A DNA stretch of 64,000 bases from Candidatus Eiseniibacteriota bacterium (GCA_038231135.1 JBBRLX010000008.1:1-64000); one strand, 5' to 3'; shown: positions 46,464 to 56,548, numbered from the stretch's first letter. The notes: generated from the letters alone by a model not told the origin. Translations and numbers: made by a program.

Positions 46464-48452
46464 CTAGGGAATCAGCACCTTCGCCACCGCGAGCAGCGCG
46501 ATCGTCACGCCCATCAGGCTCTCGCCGGCGATGATGCCCGACGACACCGGCACCACGTACTCCTCTGCCATTTTCTTGTTCGCCTTGTGGAGTCCCCACG
46601 CCAGCACTGCGCCGATGAACATCGAGATCGAGTAGTACGCGGTGATCGTGAACGCGAGGCCGAGGCCGACCGGCGACGGGATGAAGTTGCGCTGCTTGGG
46701 GAACATCTTTTCGAGCACCGTCAGCACGATGCCGGCTACGGCGCCGATCACGAGGCCGACGCGGGCGCTCGCCTTCAGCGCCTCGACGCCGTGCGCCAGC
46801 AGCTCGGCGACGCCGCGCCACACCTGCGCCGCGGGCGCAGGCCACTGGTCGGTGCCGAGCAGCGACGCGTTGGGGATCAGCACGAAGAACACCGGGACCA
46901 CGACCAGCGTGCCCACGAGCACGCCAAAGAACTGCGCGATGAACTGCTGGCGCGGCTTGGCGCCCAGCAGGTAGCCGCTCTTGAGATCGGTGAGCAGGTC
47001 GCCCGCGTGGCTGCACGCGCCGGCGGTGACGGTCGCGGTCATGAGATTCGTGGTGATGTTGCCGGGCGCGAGCGCGCCGAACGTGAGCTGGGTGATCTTG
47101 CTCAGCGGCCCCGTCGGCGTGATGTCGGTCTCGCCGGTCGCGCGGCCCGCCACCACCACCAGCAGGAACGTCATCAGCACCGCGATGACGCCCATCCACC
47201 AGTGGATGTGGAAGTACTTGATGCCGAGCAGAATGGTCGCGATGCCGAACACCAGCATGCCGCCGATGAACCACGAGCCCGGCACCTCGATGCGATCCAT
47301 CGGGTCCTCGACCCGGGCGGTCTTGCGCGACCGGAAGATCGCGCCGATCGTGCTGAACGCGCGCACCACGGTCTTCCACTGCAGCACGAACAGCAGCAGG
47401 CCCGACGTCACCATCATCGGGACGCCGATCCACAGGCTCCAGCTCGAGATCCGGCGCAGCGCGCTGCCGCCGGTCTCCGCGATGTCGCCGCGCGCCATGA
47501 ACATCGGCGCCAGGATCGCGAAGTTGATCACGGTGCCGAGCATCAGGCTCCACGCCTGACGCATGCCCATGATCGCGCCCGCGGCGACGAACAGGAACGA
47601 GCCCTCGAACGACAGCGTGAGATCCTGGCGCATGCGATACTTGCCGATGTGCCACCAGCCAGGCAGCCAGTCGCCGGGCAGCCAGGTGCTCGGGATGTGC
47701 GGGTACTGGATCCACGACAGCGGCGTCGCGATAAATTTGGGCAGTGAAGCCGGCGGCGCGATGCGCGTCCAGCCGAAGCCGCTCTGACCCCAGTTCGTGG
47801 TGTTCATCCACGTCGCGTTCGCGTCGCGGAACCACGTGACGACCGAGCCGCACAGCACCGCGATCCCCAGCGATCGCGCCTGCCGCGCTGCGGCACCGCC
47901 TTTGTCGCTGTGCAGGGTCTTGAGCGTGGTCGCGGCCGCGATCCCCGACGGGAACCGGAGTTGCTCGATGTTGATCATCTGCCGCTTCGCCGGCACCGCG
48001 AGGAACACACCGAGCATCGAGATCACCCCGACCCACGCCATCAGCACCCACTGGCTCGGCACCGCGTTCGGCTGCATCATCATCAGCGCGGGGATCGAGT
48101 TCACGATGCCGGCGCCCGTCATGTAGCCCGCCGCCGACGCGCACGACGCCATCGCGTTGTTCTCGAGTATGCTGAACTCGGGGAAGCCCTTGGGGAACAG
48201 CCGGTGCAGCGTGGAGAACGCGGCGAACGCGAGGATGCTCGAGGTGATCGCGACGCCGAGTCCCCACCCCGCCTTGAGCCCGACGTACACGTTCGACAGC
48301 GACATGATCGCGCCGAGACCCATGCCCATGATGACCGCGCGGGTCGTGAGCTGCGGCATGCGGTCGCCCGCGTAGACGTTCTCGAACCAGTCGCGCTCGA
48401 TCTGTTCGGGGGTCAGCGGGGTTTCGTCGACGGGAACGGCTTCGGTGGCCAC
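46464..48452 (-). CDS. OPT family oligopeptide/metal-chelate transporter
   Basis: PQLTTRA, NVYVGLKAGW, ILENN, LRFPSG.A, DLLTDLKSGYLLGA and PAPAAQVW motifs. GAGGA RBS plus GTG 48452. Confidence 0.95.
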   Translation of the reverse strand: MATEAVPVDETPLTPEQIERDWFENVYAGDRMPQLTTRAVIMGMGLGAIMSLSNVYVGLKAGWGLGVAITSSILAFAAFSTLHRLFPKGFPEFSILENNAMASCASAAGYMTGAGIVNSIPALMMMQPNAVPSQWVLMAWVGVISMLGVFLAVPAKRQMINIEQLRFPSGIAAATTLKTLHSDKGGAAARQARSLGIAVLCGSVVTWFRDANATWMNTTNWGQSGFGWTRIAPPASLPKFIATPLSWIQYPHIPSTWLPGDWLPGWWHIGKYRMRQDLTLSFEGSFLFVAAGAIMGMRQAWSLMLGTVINFAILAPMFMARGDIAETGGSALRRISSWSLWIGVPMMVTSGLLLFVLQWKTVVRAFSTIGAIFRSRKTARVEDPMDRIEVPGSWFIGGMLVFGIATILLGIKYFHIHWWMGVIAVLMTFLLVVVAGRATGETDITPTGPLSKITQLTFGALAPGNITTNLMTATVTAGACSHAGDLLTDLKSGYLLGAKPRQQFIAQFFGVLVGTLVVVPVFFVLIPNASLLGTDQWPAPAAQVWRGVAELLAHGVEALKASARVGLVIGAVAGIVLTVLEKMFPKQRNFIPSPVGLGLAFTITAYYSISMFIGAVLAWGLHKANKKMAEEYVVPVSSGIIAGESLMGVTIALLAVAKVLIP

Positions 48453-48607
48453 GAGACGATCCTCAAAGGTGAACTGCCCGATCTGGAACGGGGGAATGAC
48501 CCCAACAGGGTGGCCGATGGGCGAATGCAAATACAAGGGGAATCGGGAGCTACACTCCGGTGCCGGCGGGTTTGCCGCGGAGCGGGTCGCGGTTCTAGAG
48601 TTAAGGT

Positions 48608-50458
48608 ATGCAGCCGTCGATCCGTTCCGGAACCCGGCGACTCGAGGCACCCCCACCCCGCGTTTGGCCCGCTCCCCTGGCTATCCTCGCGGTCGCGCGG
48701 TCATTCGTCCCCGCGCTCGCCGCGTTCGTGGTGTGCGCCGCGGCGCCGGTGTTCGCCGCCGACGAGATCCACTGGACGATCACCGGCCCCGCTTCGATCA
48801 CGTTCGACTGGCGCGGCCCCGAGACCGCGATCGCGTTCGGTGAGACACCGGCCTACGGCCGCTCCTCCGCCGCCTACACTCCGTCTCCGCTGCCGTTCTC
48901 GTCCGCCGGCCCGTTCCGGGAGGCGCGGCTCACGGGACTCTCGCCGAACACGCTCTATCACTACGACCTCGGCCGCGGCGATCACACGTTCCGCACGGCG
49001 CCCGCACGAGGCAGCTCGGATTTCGTGATCTGCGTCGAGGGCGACATCGGCGACTCGACTTCCTACCCTGCCGGCGTGCCGGGGGTGCAGCATCTGATCG
49101 CCACGCAATTGCCGCGCTTCGCGCTGCTCGTCGGCGATCTCACCTACGCCAACGACCACGGCCAGTCCCATGTGGACCAGCACTACAACGACGTGATGCC
49201 GTGGTCCGAGGATGCCGCCTACATGCCGGCATGGGGCAACCACGAATGGGACAGCTCCGGCGACGACTTCCGCAACTACAAAGGCCGGTTCGACCTGCCG
49301 AACCCGCGCAGCGCCGTCGGCGCACCGACTGCGGGCGGCCCGGGCGAGGACTGGTACTGGTTCGACTACGGCAACGTGCGGTTCATCGCCTACCCCGAGC
49401 CGTTCAGCGGCGCCTGGCAGGCATGGGCCGCGAGCGCGGAGTCGCTGATGACCGAGGTCGACGCCGATCCCCAGATCGCGTTCATCGTCACGATGGGACA
49501 CCGGCCCGCGTATTCATCGGGCCATCATCCGGGCGCGGCGGATCTGCGGGCCATCCTCGACGCGCTAGGCGCGGGCCATCCCAAGTACCAGCTCGATCTG
49601 TGCGGACACAGCCATGGCTACGAACGCACGCACCCGCAGCACGGCGTGGTCCACACCACCGTCGGCACCGGAGGGGCGTCGTTGGAGGAGGAGAGCGGCT
49701 CCTGCCCGTGGCTGGGCGGCTGCCCGGCGCCCGCGTACACGGCGTATCGCGCGTTCCATCTGGGGACGCTGCGACTGCACTTCACCGCGAGCGCCATCGA
49801 AGGCACCGCACTGTGCGGGCCGCCCACCGCCAACGCCGACATCTCGTGCGTGCCCGGCGACGCGTTGGACACGTTCACGATCGTGCCCGGTAGCACGAAG
49901 GGACAGGTGCCGGTCATCGACTGTCCGCCGCCGCACACCGCGGTGGAAGGCGTGCCGGTGGCGTTCGACGTGATCGCGTCCGATCCCGACGGCCAGCCGG
50001 TGACGATCGTCGCGAACGGCCTGCCGCGCGGCGCGAAGTTCGACGGCACGCGCTTCGAATGGACGCCCGACTCGACCCAGGCCGGCGGCTACACCGTGAA
50101 CTTCCAGGCCAGCGACGGTGTGGAGGCCAGCGAGTGCGGCGTGCCCATCGAGGTGCGCGACGCAACGGTCCTGCTGCCCGCGCGCGTGGCGTTCGCCCCG
50201 CCGCGGCCGAATCCCGCGCCGGGCGCGATGACGCTGGCGTTCGAGCTGCCGGCAGCGGCGCGCGTGAGCGTGACGCTCTACGGCCTCGACGGCCGGTTCG
50301 TGGCGCGGATCGCGAACGACACGTACGGCCCCGGCCATCACGAGCTGCAATGGAACGGCCGCGGCGACGATGGCCGCCGCACCGGCTCGGGGGTGTACTA
50401 CCTGAGGTTCGAAGCGGGGGGTGTGGTGATGGCGCGGAGAGTCACGCTGGTGAGGTAG
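48608..50458 (+). CDS. Secreted purple acid phosphatase-like metallophosphoesterase with Ig-like and FlgD-Ig C-terminal domains
   Basis: GDIG, GDLTY, GNHE, GH and GHSH metal motifs. FN3-like N-terminus. Tail PNP...WNGR...SGVYYLRF. TTGCCG-N18-TAGAGT-N6-ATG. Confidence 0.92.
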   Translation: MQPSIRSGTRRLEAPPPRVWPAPLAILAVARSFVPALAAFVVCAAAPVFAADEIHWTITGPASITFDWRGPETAIAFGETPAYGRSSAAYTPSPLPFSSAGPFREARLTGLSPNTLYHYDLGRGDHTFRTAPARGSSDFVICVEGDIGDSTSYPAGVPGVQHLIATQLPRFALLVGDLTYANDHGQSHVDQHYNDVMPWSEDAAYMPAWGNHEWDSSGDDFRNYKGRFDLPNPRSAVGAPTAGGPGEDWYWFDYGNVRFIAYPEPFSGAWQAWAASAESLMTEVDADPQIAFIVTMGHRPAYSSGHHPGAADLRAILDALGAGHPKYQLDLCGHSHGYERTHPQHGVVHTTVGTGGASLEEESGSCPWLGGCPAPAYTAYRAFHLGTLRLHFTASAIEGTALCGPPTANADISCVPGDALDTFTIVPGSTKGQVPVIDCPPPHTAVEGVPVAFDVIASDPDGQPVTIVANGLPRGAKFDGTRFEWTPDSTQAGGYTVNFQASDGVEASECGVPIEVRDATVLLPARVAFAPPRPNPAPGAMTLAFELPAAARVSVTLYGLDGRFVARIANDTYGPGHHELQWNGRGDDGRRTGSGVYYLRFEAGGVVMARRVTLVR

Positions 50459-50518
50459 GTGCGATCGCGACGCTGCGCGAAGCAGCAAGATTGCTACGAT
50501 TCGCAGCAAATCCGTTGA

Positions 50519-51460
50519 TCATTGGCTGGGATCGACAACCGTCCGCGCAGTGAACCCTTGCCGCGAGAACGCACTCGCGTCCTTCGCCGTGCGGTACTCG
50601 CTGTCACTCGTGCGGATGCGCAGCGCACGTTCCGATTCCCAGTCCACGCCGGATATGTAGACGCCATGAGCATGAGCCTGCCAGAGCAGGAGGCCGCGGT
50701 GGCGAGCGGACCAGGTCTCGGTTGCTGGGAGCACATCGACTTGGGCGTCGATGCCGCCCAGGACTCCGCCCGGCTCGAAGAATGACACGGTGCATGCTCG
50801 CATCGTCTTCCCGGGAGAATCCTGCGTTGACTCCAATCGGTACTCTCCGTCGCCGCCGAAATCCATGACCATGCCGCCTGCGAAGCCCAGCATCGCGGTC
50901 CAGGCGATCGCTGCGACCAGAGCAATCGCCTCCGCGAATCTCTGCCGCCCGCTCCGCTGCGATGCGGTTGGCGGGTCTCCTTCCACGAGAGGGTCCGGAA
51001 TTCCAGCGGTGGCCTGAGGCGAGAGCCTGTCGAAGAGCGTGAACCAGACCAGGATGAACGATATACCTTCGATCGCGCTTGGGACTCTGCGCAGCCAATC
51101 GGCCGTGGAGGGCGGCCATGCCGCCAGGATCAGAAGGAACGGCAACAGCGTCCCGCACGCAAGAAGCGAAGCGAGAATCGCGACGCGAAGCGCCGCCTTG
51201 CCGCCGCGAACCTGCCGGCGCGCCATGACCCACTGAACCAGGATGCAGCCGGGCAATAGCCAGATCGCGAACAGGATCGACATTGCAACCAGGTAAACGG
51301 TAGCCAGGAATACGAGACTCTCTGCCGTGAAAGGCGGGCTCGATGGTGACAACTTGTCAGGTAAGCTGTGGAGTACGTCGATGGCGAACGCCACGAGCAG
51401 AGCCGCGAGAGTGGCGACCAGCCCTCGGAGCCTGGGATCGTCGACAGGGCGTGCGCGCAT
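50519..51460 (-). CDS. Hypothetical membrane protein (about 5 TM plus C-terminal soluble domain)
   Basis: Long ORF with several hydrophobic segments. Visibly less GC-biased than its neighbours. Start uncertain. Confidence 0.6.
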   Translation of the reverse strand: MRARPVDDPRLRGLVATLAALLVAFAIDVLHSLPDKLSPSSPPFTAESLVFLATVYLVAMSILFAIWLLPGCILVQWVMARRQVRGGKAALRVAILASLLACGTLLPFLLILAAWPPSTADWLRRVPSAIEGISFILVWFTLFDRLSPQATAGIPDPLVEGDPPTASQRSGRQRFAEAIALVAAIAWTAMLGFAGGMVMDFGGDGEYRLESTQDSPGKTMRACTVSFFEPGGVLGGIDAQVDVLPATETWSARHRGLLLWQAHAHGVYISGVDWESERALRIRTSDSEYRTAKDASAFSRQGFTARTVVDPSQ

Positions 51461-51527
51461 GCCTACATCATCGGCTGGCGGTTCCTGCGCCTGCAGGCCG
51501 TGACCACGCGCTCGACCGACTTGTTCG

Positions 51528-52319
51528 TCAACCAACGACCTCGTCGCCGACCCGCGGCCCGAACCGCTCCCGGAACCTCGCCACCACCGCCGCCAGCGGC
51601 GGGTCCAGTCGTGTCAGCGTCTCGCGTTCGATCGCTGCCGGCACGCCGAAATGGGCTCCGGCCACTGCGCCTGCGATGCACGCCATGGTGTCGGCGTCGC
51701 CGCCGAGCGAGATCGCGTTGCGGAGCGCATCCTCGAAGTCGTTCGCCTCGAGGAACGACACCAGCGCCGGCGGCACCGAGCCCTGGCACGACACGTCGAA
51801 CGTGTGCGCCGCGCGGATCGCGTCGAGCGGCGTCGACAGGTCGTAGCCGAACCGCGATTCCACGAACCGGCGGATCGCGGGCTTGTCCGCGCCCGTGCGC
51901 GCGAGGAACACGGCTGCCGCCGTGGCCTGGGCGCCGCGAATCCCCTCGGGATGATCGTGCGTGACCGCCGCGCTGCGTTCGGCCGCCGCCAGCACCGGTT
52001 CCATGCTATCGAACGCATACGCGACCGGGCTCACCCGCATGGCGGAGCCGTTGCCCCAGCTGCCATACGGTTTGCGATCGCGAGTGAGCGCCCAGTTGAG
52101 AAACGTCCCGCCGTAGCCGGCGCGCGGATAACGGTGAACGTAGTCGTGGAGCGTATCCACCAGGTCCGAGCCATCGAGGATCCACTCCGCGACCGCGACG
52201 GTGAGCACGGTGTCGTCCGTGAACCGGTGCCGCGCGCCGAACAACTCGAAGTCCTTCGACTTGCGCGGCGAGCCTTCGTGGATCGAGCCGGCGACGTCGC
52301 CGGCGATCGCGCCGATCAC
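51528..52319 (-). CDS. ADP-ribosylglycohydrolase family protein
   Basis: GAIAGDVAGS, FTDDTVLT, SWGNGSAMRVSP, THDHPEG and GGDADT motifs. GTGA overlap with the anti-sigma stop. Confidence 0.95.
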   Translation of the reverse strand: MIGAIAGDVAGSIHEGSPRKSKDFELFGARHRFTDDTVLTVAVAEWILDGSDLVDTLHDYVHRYPRAGYGGTFLNWALTRDRKPYGSWGNGSAMRVSPVAYAFDSMEPVLAAAERSAAVTHDHPEGIRGAQATAAAVFLARTGADKPAIRRFVESRFGYDLSTPLDAIRAAHTFDVSCQGSVPPALVSFLEANDFEDALRNAISLGGDADTMACIAGAVAGAHFGVPAAIERETLTRLDPPLAAVVARFRERFGPRVGDEVVG

Positions 52320-54007
52320 TTCGCCCGGATCGTCTGCACCCGCGCTTCGATCGCGTGGCGCTCGACTGGAGTCGCGAGCTTCGCCTGCGCGTCGAGCGCC
52401 TGCACCGCCGCCGTCGCGCGCGCCGCGTTCGGCTCGAGCTCCCACGCCCGCGTGCGCGCCGCGGCGTCACGGGCAACAGCGGCTCGCGCGGCGGCCGGAC
52501 TGCCCTTCACCCGTGCGGCCACGCGTCCCCACGCTTCGCCGGCGTGGTCGAATGCCGCCGGGCTCGGATGCCGCGCGGCCGCGGTGTCGGCGCGCTCTGC
52601 CAGCATCACCCACGGCTGGGCGGCCAGCGGCCAGTGCACCGCGGGGTGTGTCGCCGTCGCAGTCTTCATCGCCAGCGAGCTCCAGCCGGTAACGGGCGGA
52701 TTGCCGGCGGGCCCGGGCGGGCCCTGCAGGCTCAGTCGCCCGTTCGACGCGGCCGGTCCGCCCATCACCGAGATCGCGGCCAGCGTCACCACTTCATCGC
52801 GCGCGTCCGGCGTCACGGTGAGCGTCTGGCGCGACTCGCGGAATCCGACCGCCATCACAGACAGCGTGCGGTCGCCGGCGGGGACGTCGAGGCACCAGCG
52901 GCCGCCGTCGTCGGTGGAGGTCGTGAGCGCCTGGTCCACCATCGTCACCTGCGCCCCGGCCACGGGCCGGCCGTGATCGTCACGCACCACGCCGCACGTG
53001 TGATGAACGGCCCCGCCGGCATCGCGCGCCTCGGTCTGCGGCGCCGGCGCGCCGGCGTCGTTCGACTTCACGAGCGAACCGGCGAGCGGTGTCGCGGTCG
53101 CGAACTCCTTCACCCTCCGGCCGCGCAATGTCAGGGCTCCCGGCGAGGGAGCCGGCGCCGGCGCGGGTGCGGGAGCCGCCTGCCGGCGGAGCGCGTCGGC
53201 GGCATTCGGCACCGGCACATCCTCACCCCCGTCACCGCGGCGCACCTGGCGCATGCGATTGGGCGGCGGCGCCGCCTGGTTCATCGGCGCGGACCGCCCC
53301 GTCGCGGGTGCGTTGGTTCGTTCATCGGCGGGTGCAGACGCGGCGCCGGGCTCGGCGGCGAAGCCCTGCGCGGGAGCGGCGGACGATTTCGCCAGGCCCT
53401 GCGGCTGCGCATCCTTCGCCGACATCGCCGCCGGTGAGCGAGCGCCCTGCGAATTCATATTCGAACGCGTGCGCGTGGGTTCATCCTTCGCGGAATTCCT
53501 CGCGACCGGTCCCGACGCCCCCGCCAAAGGCGCCGCGGGCGTCGCCTGATGCCCGGCGTCCGAGGACTGCGCAGCCGGCGGCAGTTCGCGCAACTGCTCG
53601 ACGGGCATCTCGTGCGAAGTGACGAGCACCACGCCCACTCCGACCACCAGCGCCGCGGCCGCGCTGACCATGGCGAGCCTGCGTCCCGAGAGCCAGCGCC
53701 CCAGCGCCAGGAACGGCTTCCCGGCCACTTCCGGCACGGCCCGCACCGTCTGGCCGTCGACGGGCTCCATCGACACGCCGCGGGTGCGGATCCGTTCCGC
53801 GACGCGGTCGGCGAACGTGGCGAAGTAGGCATCGCCGGGCTCGCGCGTGAGAGCGGCCGCAAGCGCCCGGTCGTTCGCCACCAGCGCTGCGAGCCGGTCG
53901 CGGCACTCCGCGCACTCTCCGACGTGCCGGTCGGCGGCCGTCCGCGGCTGCGCGTCCATTGCTCCATCGGCCAGCGCGCTCAGCTCGGCATCGTCCAGGT
54001 GCTTCAT
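52316..54007 (-). CDS. ZAS anti-sigma factor with TM helix and carboxypeptidase-regulatory-like domain
   Basis: MKHL...HVGECAEC (HxxxCxxC). Single TM. Ala/Pro linker. GVVRDDHGRPVAGAQV...TDDGGRW domain. Confidence 0.88.
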   Translation of the reverse strand: MKHLDDAELSALADGAMDAQPRTAADRHVGECAECRDRLAALVANDRALAAALTREPGDAYFATFADRVAERIRTRGVSMEPVDGQTVRAVPEVAGKPFLALGRWLSGRRLAMVSAAAALVVGVGVVLVTSHEMPVEQLRELPPAAQSSDAGHQATPAAPLAGASGPVARNSAKDEPTRTRSNMNSQGARSPAAMSAKDAQPQGLAKSSAAPAQGFAAEPGAASAPADERTNAPATGRSAPMNQAAPPPNRMRQVRRGDGGEDVPVPNAADALRRQAAPAPAPAPAPSPGALTLRGRRVKEFATATPLAGSLVKSNDAGAPAPQTEARDAGGAVHHTCGVVRDDHGRPVAGAQVTMVDQALTTSTDDGGRWCLDVPAGDRTLSVMAVGFRESRQTLTVTPDARDEVVTLAAISVMGGPAASNGRLSLQGPPGPAGNPPVTGWSSLAMKTATATHPAVHWPLAAQPWVMLAERADTAAARHPSPAAFDHAGEAWGRVAARVKGSPAAARAAVARDAAARTRAWELEPNAARATAAVQALDAQAKLATPVERHAIEARVQTIRAK

Positions 54008-54600
54008 GGCTTCTCCCCGGTGCGCGCCGCGAGGCGCGACTTGAGTTCCGCGCGCGCCCGCGACAACCGCGACATCACCGTGCCCGCTGGAATGTGCAGC
54101 GCCACGGCGATCTCCTCGTACGACAGTTCCTGCACCGCGCGCAGCACCAGCACCGCCTGATGCTCGGGCGACAACTCCGCGAATACCTCGTTCAGATGCC
54201 CGGCGTGCTCGGTCTCCGCCAGCTCCTCCGCGGGATCCGTCCCGCCCTCCCACTGCTTCCCGGCCTCCACGAGCGATTCGATCGACGTCTCCGGCCGGCG
54301 CTTGCGGTGGCGGAACAGCGAATACGCCAGATTCACAGCGATCCGCGACAGCCACGGCTGGAGCGGCTCGCCCACGCGGAACCTGCCAAGCGCCTGGTAG
54401 GCGCGCACGAAGGTCTCCTGGGCGAGGTCGTCAGCGTCGCTGGCGTTGCGGGTGAGCCCGTAGGCAACGCGGTACACCGCACGCTGATGGCGCCGCACCA
54501 GACTGCCGAACGCGGCCTGGTCGCCGGCCTGAGCCGCCGTCACCAGGCTGGCGTCGTCGCCCGCCTCCACATCTTCCTTACGCCGCGGCTCGGGGTTCAT
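54004..54600 (-). CDS. ECF RNA polymerase sigma factor
   Basis: DADDLAQETFVRAY, WLSRIAVN and LSYEEIA...GTVMSRLSRAR motifs. Confidence 0.96.
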   Translation of the reverse strand: MNPEPRRKEDVEAGDDASLVTAAQAGDQAAFGSLVRRHQRAVYRVAYGLTRNASDADDLAQETFVRAYQALGRFRVGEPLQPWLSRIAVNLAYSLFRHRKRRPETSIESLVEAGKQWEGGTDPAEELAETEHAGHLNEVFAELSPEHQAVLVLRAVQELSYEEIAVALHIPAGTVMSRLSRARAELKSRLAARTGEKP

Positions 54601-54662
54601 TCCAGGGAACGGGTACGGCGGCCGGGGGTGGGTGTCAAGACTTTAAGACTCCGGCGGTCCGG

Positions 54663-55385
54663 TCAGACTCGTGGCGCGGCGGCCGCGTCGCGCTCGCGGC
54701 GAGCGTCCGCCAGCGCGACCGCGGGGTCGGGCGCGTCGGTGATCGCGCGCCCCAGCACCAGCAGGCCGGCCCCGGCGGCCGTCGCGTCGGCGATCGTGGC
54801 GACGCGCTTCTGGTCCTGCGCCCCGGCGCCGGCGGGCCTGATCCCGGGGGTCACGGCGAAGAACGGCGCGGGATGCCGGGCACGCAGGCCCGGCAGATCG
54901 GACGCCGAGCACACGATGCCGTGGGCTCCGGCCCGCTCGGCGTCGGCGAGCATCGCGGTCTGCACCGCGGCGAGGTCGAATGGCTGCTGGTAGCCGGGCG
55001 GCATAGCCGCCGGGTCGAGGCTCGTGAGCACCGTCACCGAAACGACGCGCGTCGCGCCGCCCGCGCCCCGGATCGCGTCCACGGCGGCGGCGATCATGTC
55101 CCGGCCGCCCGCGGCGTGAACGGTGAGCAGGTCGGCGCCGAGCCTCGCCGCCGCCGCCGCGGCGCCCGCGACGGTGTTGGGAATGTCGTGCAGCTTGAGA
55201 TCGAGGAACACCCGGCGGCCACGACGCGTCAGCGCCCGCACCGCCTCGGGGCCCGCGGTCGCGAACAACTGCAGGCCGACCTTCGCCAGTTCCGGCCCGG
55301 CGCCGAGCGTCCGATCGAGCGCCAGTGCCTGCTCGAGCGTGTCGACGTCGAATGCGATCGCGAACTCGGGCTGGCCCAGGATCAC
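54663..55385 (-). CDS. pyrF: Orotidine-5'-phosphate decarboxylase
   Basis: KVGLQL, FLDLKLHDIPNTV, VTPGIRP, DQKRV and VLGRAI motifs. GTGA overlap. Confidence 0.97.
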   Translation of the reverse strand: MILGQPEFAIAFDVDTLEQALALDRTLGAGPELAKVGLQLFATAGPEAVRALTRRGRRVFLDLKLHDIPNTVAGAAAAAARLGADLLTVHAAGGRDMIAAAVDAIRGAGGATRVVSVTVLTSLDPAAMPPGYQQPFDLAAVQTAMLADAERAGAHGIVCSASDLPGLRARHPAPFFAVTPGIRPAGAGAQDQKRVATIADATAAGAGLLVLGRAITDAPDPAVALADARRERDAAAAPRV

Positions 55386-56548
55386 GCCGGCCCCCGGTCG
55401 CGGTCCGGAACCAGCGACGGACCGCCGTCGTGGGCGCCGCCATCGGCGCCCTGCGCCGCGAGCCGCGCGCGCCACGCCGCAATCGAGCGCACGCCCGCGC
55501 CGGCGAGGAACGCCTGCAACTCGCCCAGCACGTCGAGCGCGGCGCGCGGCCTGAGGAACGACGCGGTGCCGACCTGCACCGCGGTCGCGCCGACCGCCAG
55601 GAATTCCAGCGCGTCGCGCCCGCTCACGATGCCGCCGGATCCGATCACCGGGATCGTCACCGCCCGCACGCACTCGGCGCAGCGCGCGAGCGCGAGCGGC
55701 TTGATCGCGGGCCCCGACAGGCCGCCCGTCGCGCGGTTCAGCTTCGAGCGCCCGGTGCCGAGATCGACCGTCATGCCGACGAACGTGTTCACGGCCGTGA
55801 TCGCATCCGCCCCGCCCTGTTCGCAGGCGCGCGCCAGCTCGCCGATCGCGGTGACGTCGGGCGACAGCTTGGCGATCAGCGGCCGCGATGTCCGTGCGCG
55901 CAGCCGCCGCAGCGTGGCTTCGAGCCGCCGCGCCACGGTCCAGTAGCGCGCGCCCCCGCGGGCCACGTTCGGGCACGAGAAATTGATCTCGAACGCCGCG
56001 ATCGCGGGCTCGCCGGCGAGCGCCGCAAGCAGCCGCTCGAGGTCGCGCGCGGTGTCGCCGCCGACCGACGCAACGATCGCGGCGCCGAGCCCGGCGAGCT
56101 TCGGCACCTTCTCGGCGCGGAACTTCGCGAGCCCGACGTTCTCGAGCCCGATGGAATTCAGCATGCCGGCCGCGGTCTCGACGATGCGCTGCGGCGGATT
56201 GCCGGCGCGCGGCTCGAGCGTGACGGTCTTGGTGATCACGGCGCCGAGCCGCGCGGGGTCGGCGACGTGCGCGTATTCGTCGCCGTAGCCGAACGTGCCC
56301 GACGCGACGAGGATCGGGTTCGCTAGCACGAGCGAGCCGATGTGCACCGTCAGATCGAGCGGCGCGAGCCCGGGACCGCCGCTGGCCGGTGGCGCGGGCC
56401 GCGTGGCCCTGCCGCCGGCGGGCGGCGCCGGGCGCGCGCCGGCGCCATTCGCCGCGGGACGCCGCGCCGCGGGTGGAGCCGTGCGCGTTCTGCGCGTTCC
56501 ACGCGTCGTACGCGCGGCGGCGTGCCGCGCGAGCGCCGGGCGCTTCAC
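55382..56548 (-). CDS. pyrD: Dihydroorotate dehydrogenase B catalytic subunit
   Basis: NPILVASGTFG, MLNSIGLEN, EINFSCPN and GGLSGPAIKP motifs. GTG 56548 overlaps the pyrK stop; true start may be further downstream. Confidence 0.95.
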   Translation of the reverse strand: MKRPALARHAAARTTRGTRRTRTAPPAARRPAANGAGARPAPPAGGRATRPAPPASGGPGLAPLDLTVHIGSLVLANPILVASGTFGYGDEYAHVADPARLGAVITKTVTLEPRAGNPPQRIVETAAGMLNSIGLENVGLAKFRAEKVPKLAGLGAAIVASVGGDTARDLERLLAALAGEPAIAAFEINFSCPNVARGGARYWTVARRLEATLRRLRARTSRPLIAKLSPDVTAIGELARACEQGGADAITAVNTFVGMTVDLGTGRSKLNRATGGLSGPAIKPLALARCAECVRAVTIPVIGSGGIVSGRDALEFLAVGATAVQVGTASFLRPRAALDVLGELQAFLAGAGVRSIAAWRARLAAQGADGGAHDGGPSLVPDRDRGPA

